Shown: positions 63,411 through 64,000 of the stretch, in pieces
How positions within the stretch are numbered: position 1 is the first letter of the stretch
Layout: each line of letters opens with the position of its first letter
Assembly (NCBI GenBank): GCA_040285825.1
Contig: JAUPSS010000015.1
Coordinates: 31,392-95,391 of the forward strand
DNA from: Eukaryota sp. TZLM1-RC
Lineage: Eukaryota; Protista; Metamonada: BaSk clade
Reading direction: 5' to 3'
DNA length: 64,000 nt
Notes under the pieces: model-generated
The model's input: the letters and a program-made list of their open reading frames with translations, nothing else
Told to the model about the DNA's origin: nothing
Database searches by the model: none
Made by a program: the position numbers and the translations under genes

Positions 63411-64000
63411 CTTATTTCTTTGCAACAGGAAATTGAAACTCTTTCACCCAATATTTGGTAAAATGTTTCCCCTCTGATATTGTGGAACTTCCTTCAGAAG
63501 CTTGCTCTCTCCTTACGTGACTTTTTGCCAAAATTGCAGAGATTTTGAAAGTTTTAGAAAACTTGGAGTTATGTTGTACGTCTTGAAAGCTTGGCTGAGG
63601 ATCCGTTTTGCAAACTTTTGATTGATCTTGAAGACAGTTGCTCAAGTTGCTTAATCTCCCAAATTCCCAACATTTACGGCTGCTTAATGATCACTGTGGA
63701 CCACTGCAATGAGATTGAGATGTTTTCTATGGCGCTTGCTCATTGCCAAATGATTTAATTTGTCGCTGCAGAGTGTTGTTTACGCTTTCATATTTTAAAC
63801 TGTAAGTATTTCATAACTTATCGCTCACTTGTTCATGACTCAGTTCGTGATCAGTGTATACCATGTCTGCAAAAGTTTCAATATAGAGGCATTTGTTGAG
63901 CCACTAGTACGTAAGCTGTCTTCAGATCAAACTGATGATTCCTTTGAAGAGACGTTTAGTAGCTCAGGATCGATGGTGTTCTCAATGTTGTAGACGTTGT
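63411..64000 (+). mobile_element. Family G fragment (B/D-like), running off the window
   Basis: WTTAMRLRCFLW..NDLICRC..HDSVRDQ..EAFVEPLVRKL in broken frames. Confidence 0.65.

Noticed and set aside
1-64000. HeT-A/TART-style telomeric array, or SL-RNA/rDNA-targeted array
   Set aside because: Orientations are mixed, and no telomeric repeat, SL exon or rRNA sequence was recognised at any junction.

Overview
AT-rich, probably protist, DNA with no recognisable host gene, rRNA or tRNA. About 88% of the window is a nested cluster of at least seven related non-LTR retrotransposon families, named A-G here. They carry an RT, a C-terminal CxC..HxxxC zinc motif and a restriction-like PD-(D/E)xK endonuclease, and look most like the CRE/Cnl1/MoTeR group. 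They have inserted into one another in both orientations with 9-15 bp target-site duplications (TSDs). The substrate is a ~1.36-kb chimeric A/B monomer amplified like a satellite. Two other components are embedded. (1) A 1.1-kb Gag-only LTR mini-element occurs once complete (4-bp TSD) and once as a 3-unit tandem array with shared LTRs. One array unit has precisely lost a 52-nt GT-AG intron that spans the LTR 3' end and the primer-binding region. (2) A ~4.2-kb gene-dense island with giant-virus-like genes (PD-(D/E)xK nuclease, NifS-like, RING finger, fibre-like) is joined at both ends to the 5' ends of outward-facing family-A elements, which suggests retrotransposon-mediated capture of viral DNA. 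Many frameshifts fall in homopolymer runs and may be long-read errors. Family and clade assignments come from motif recognition only; no searches were run.
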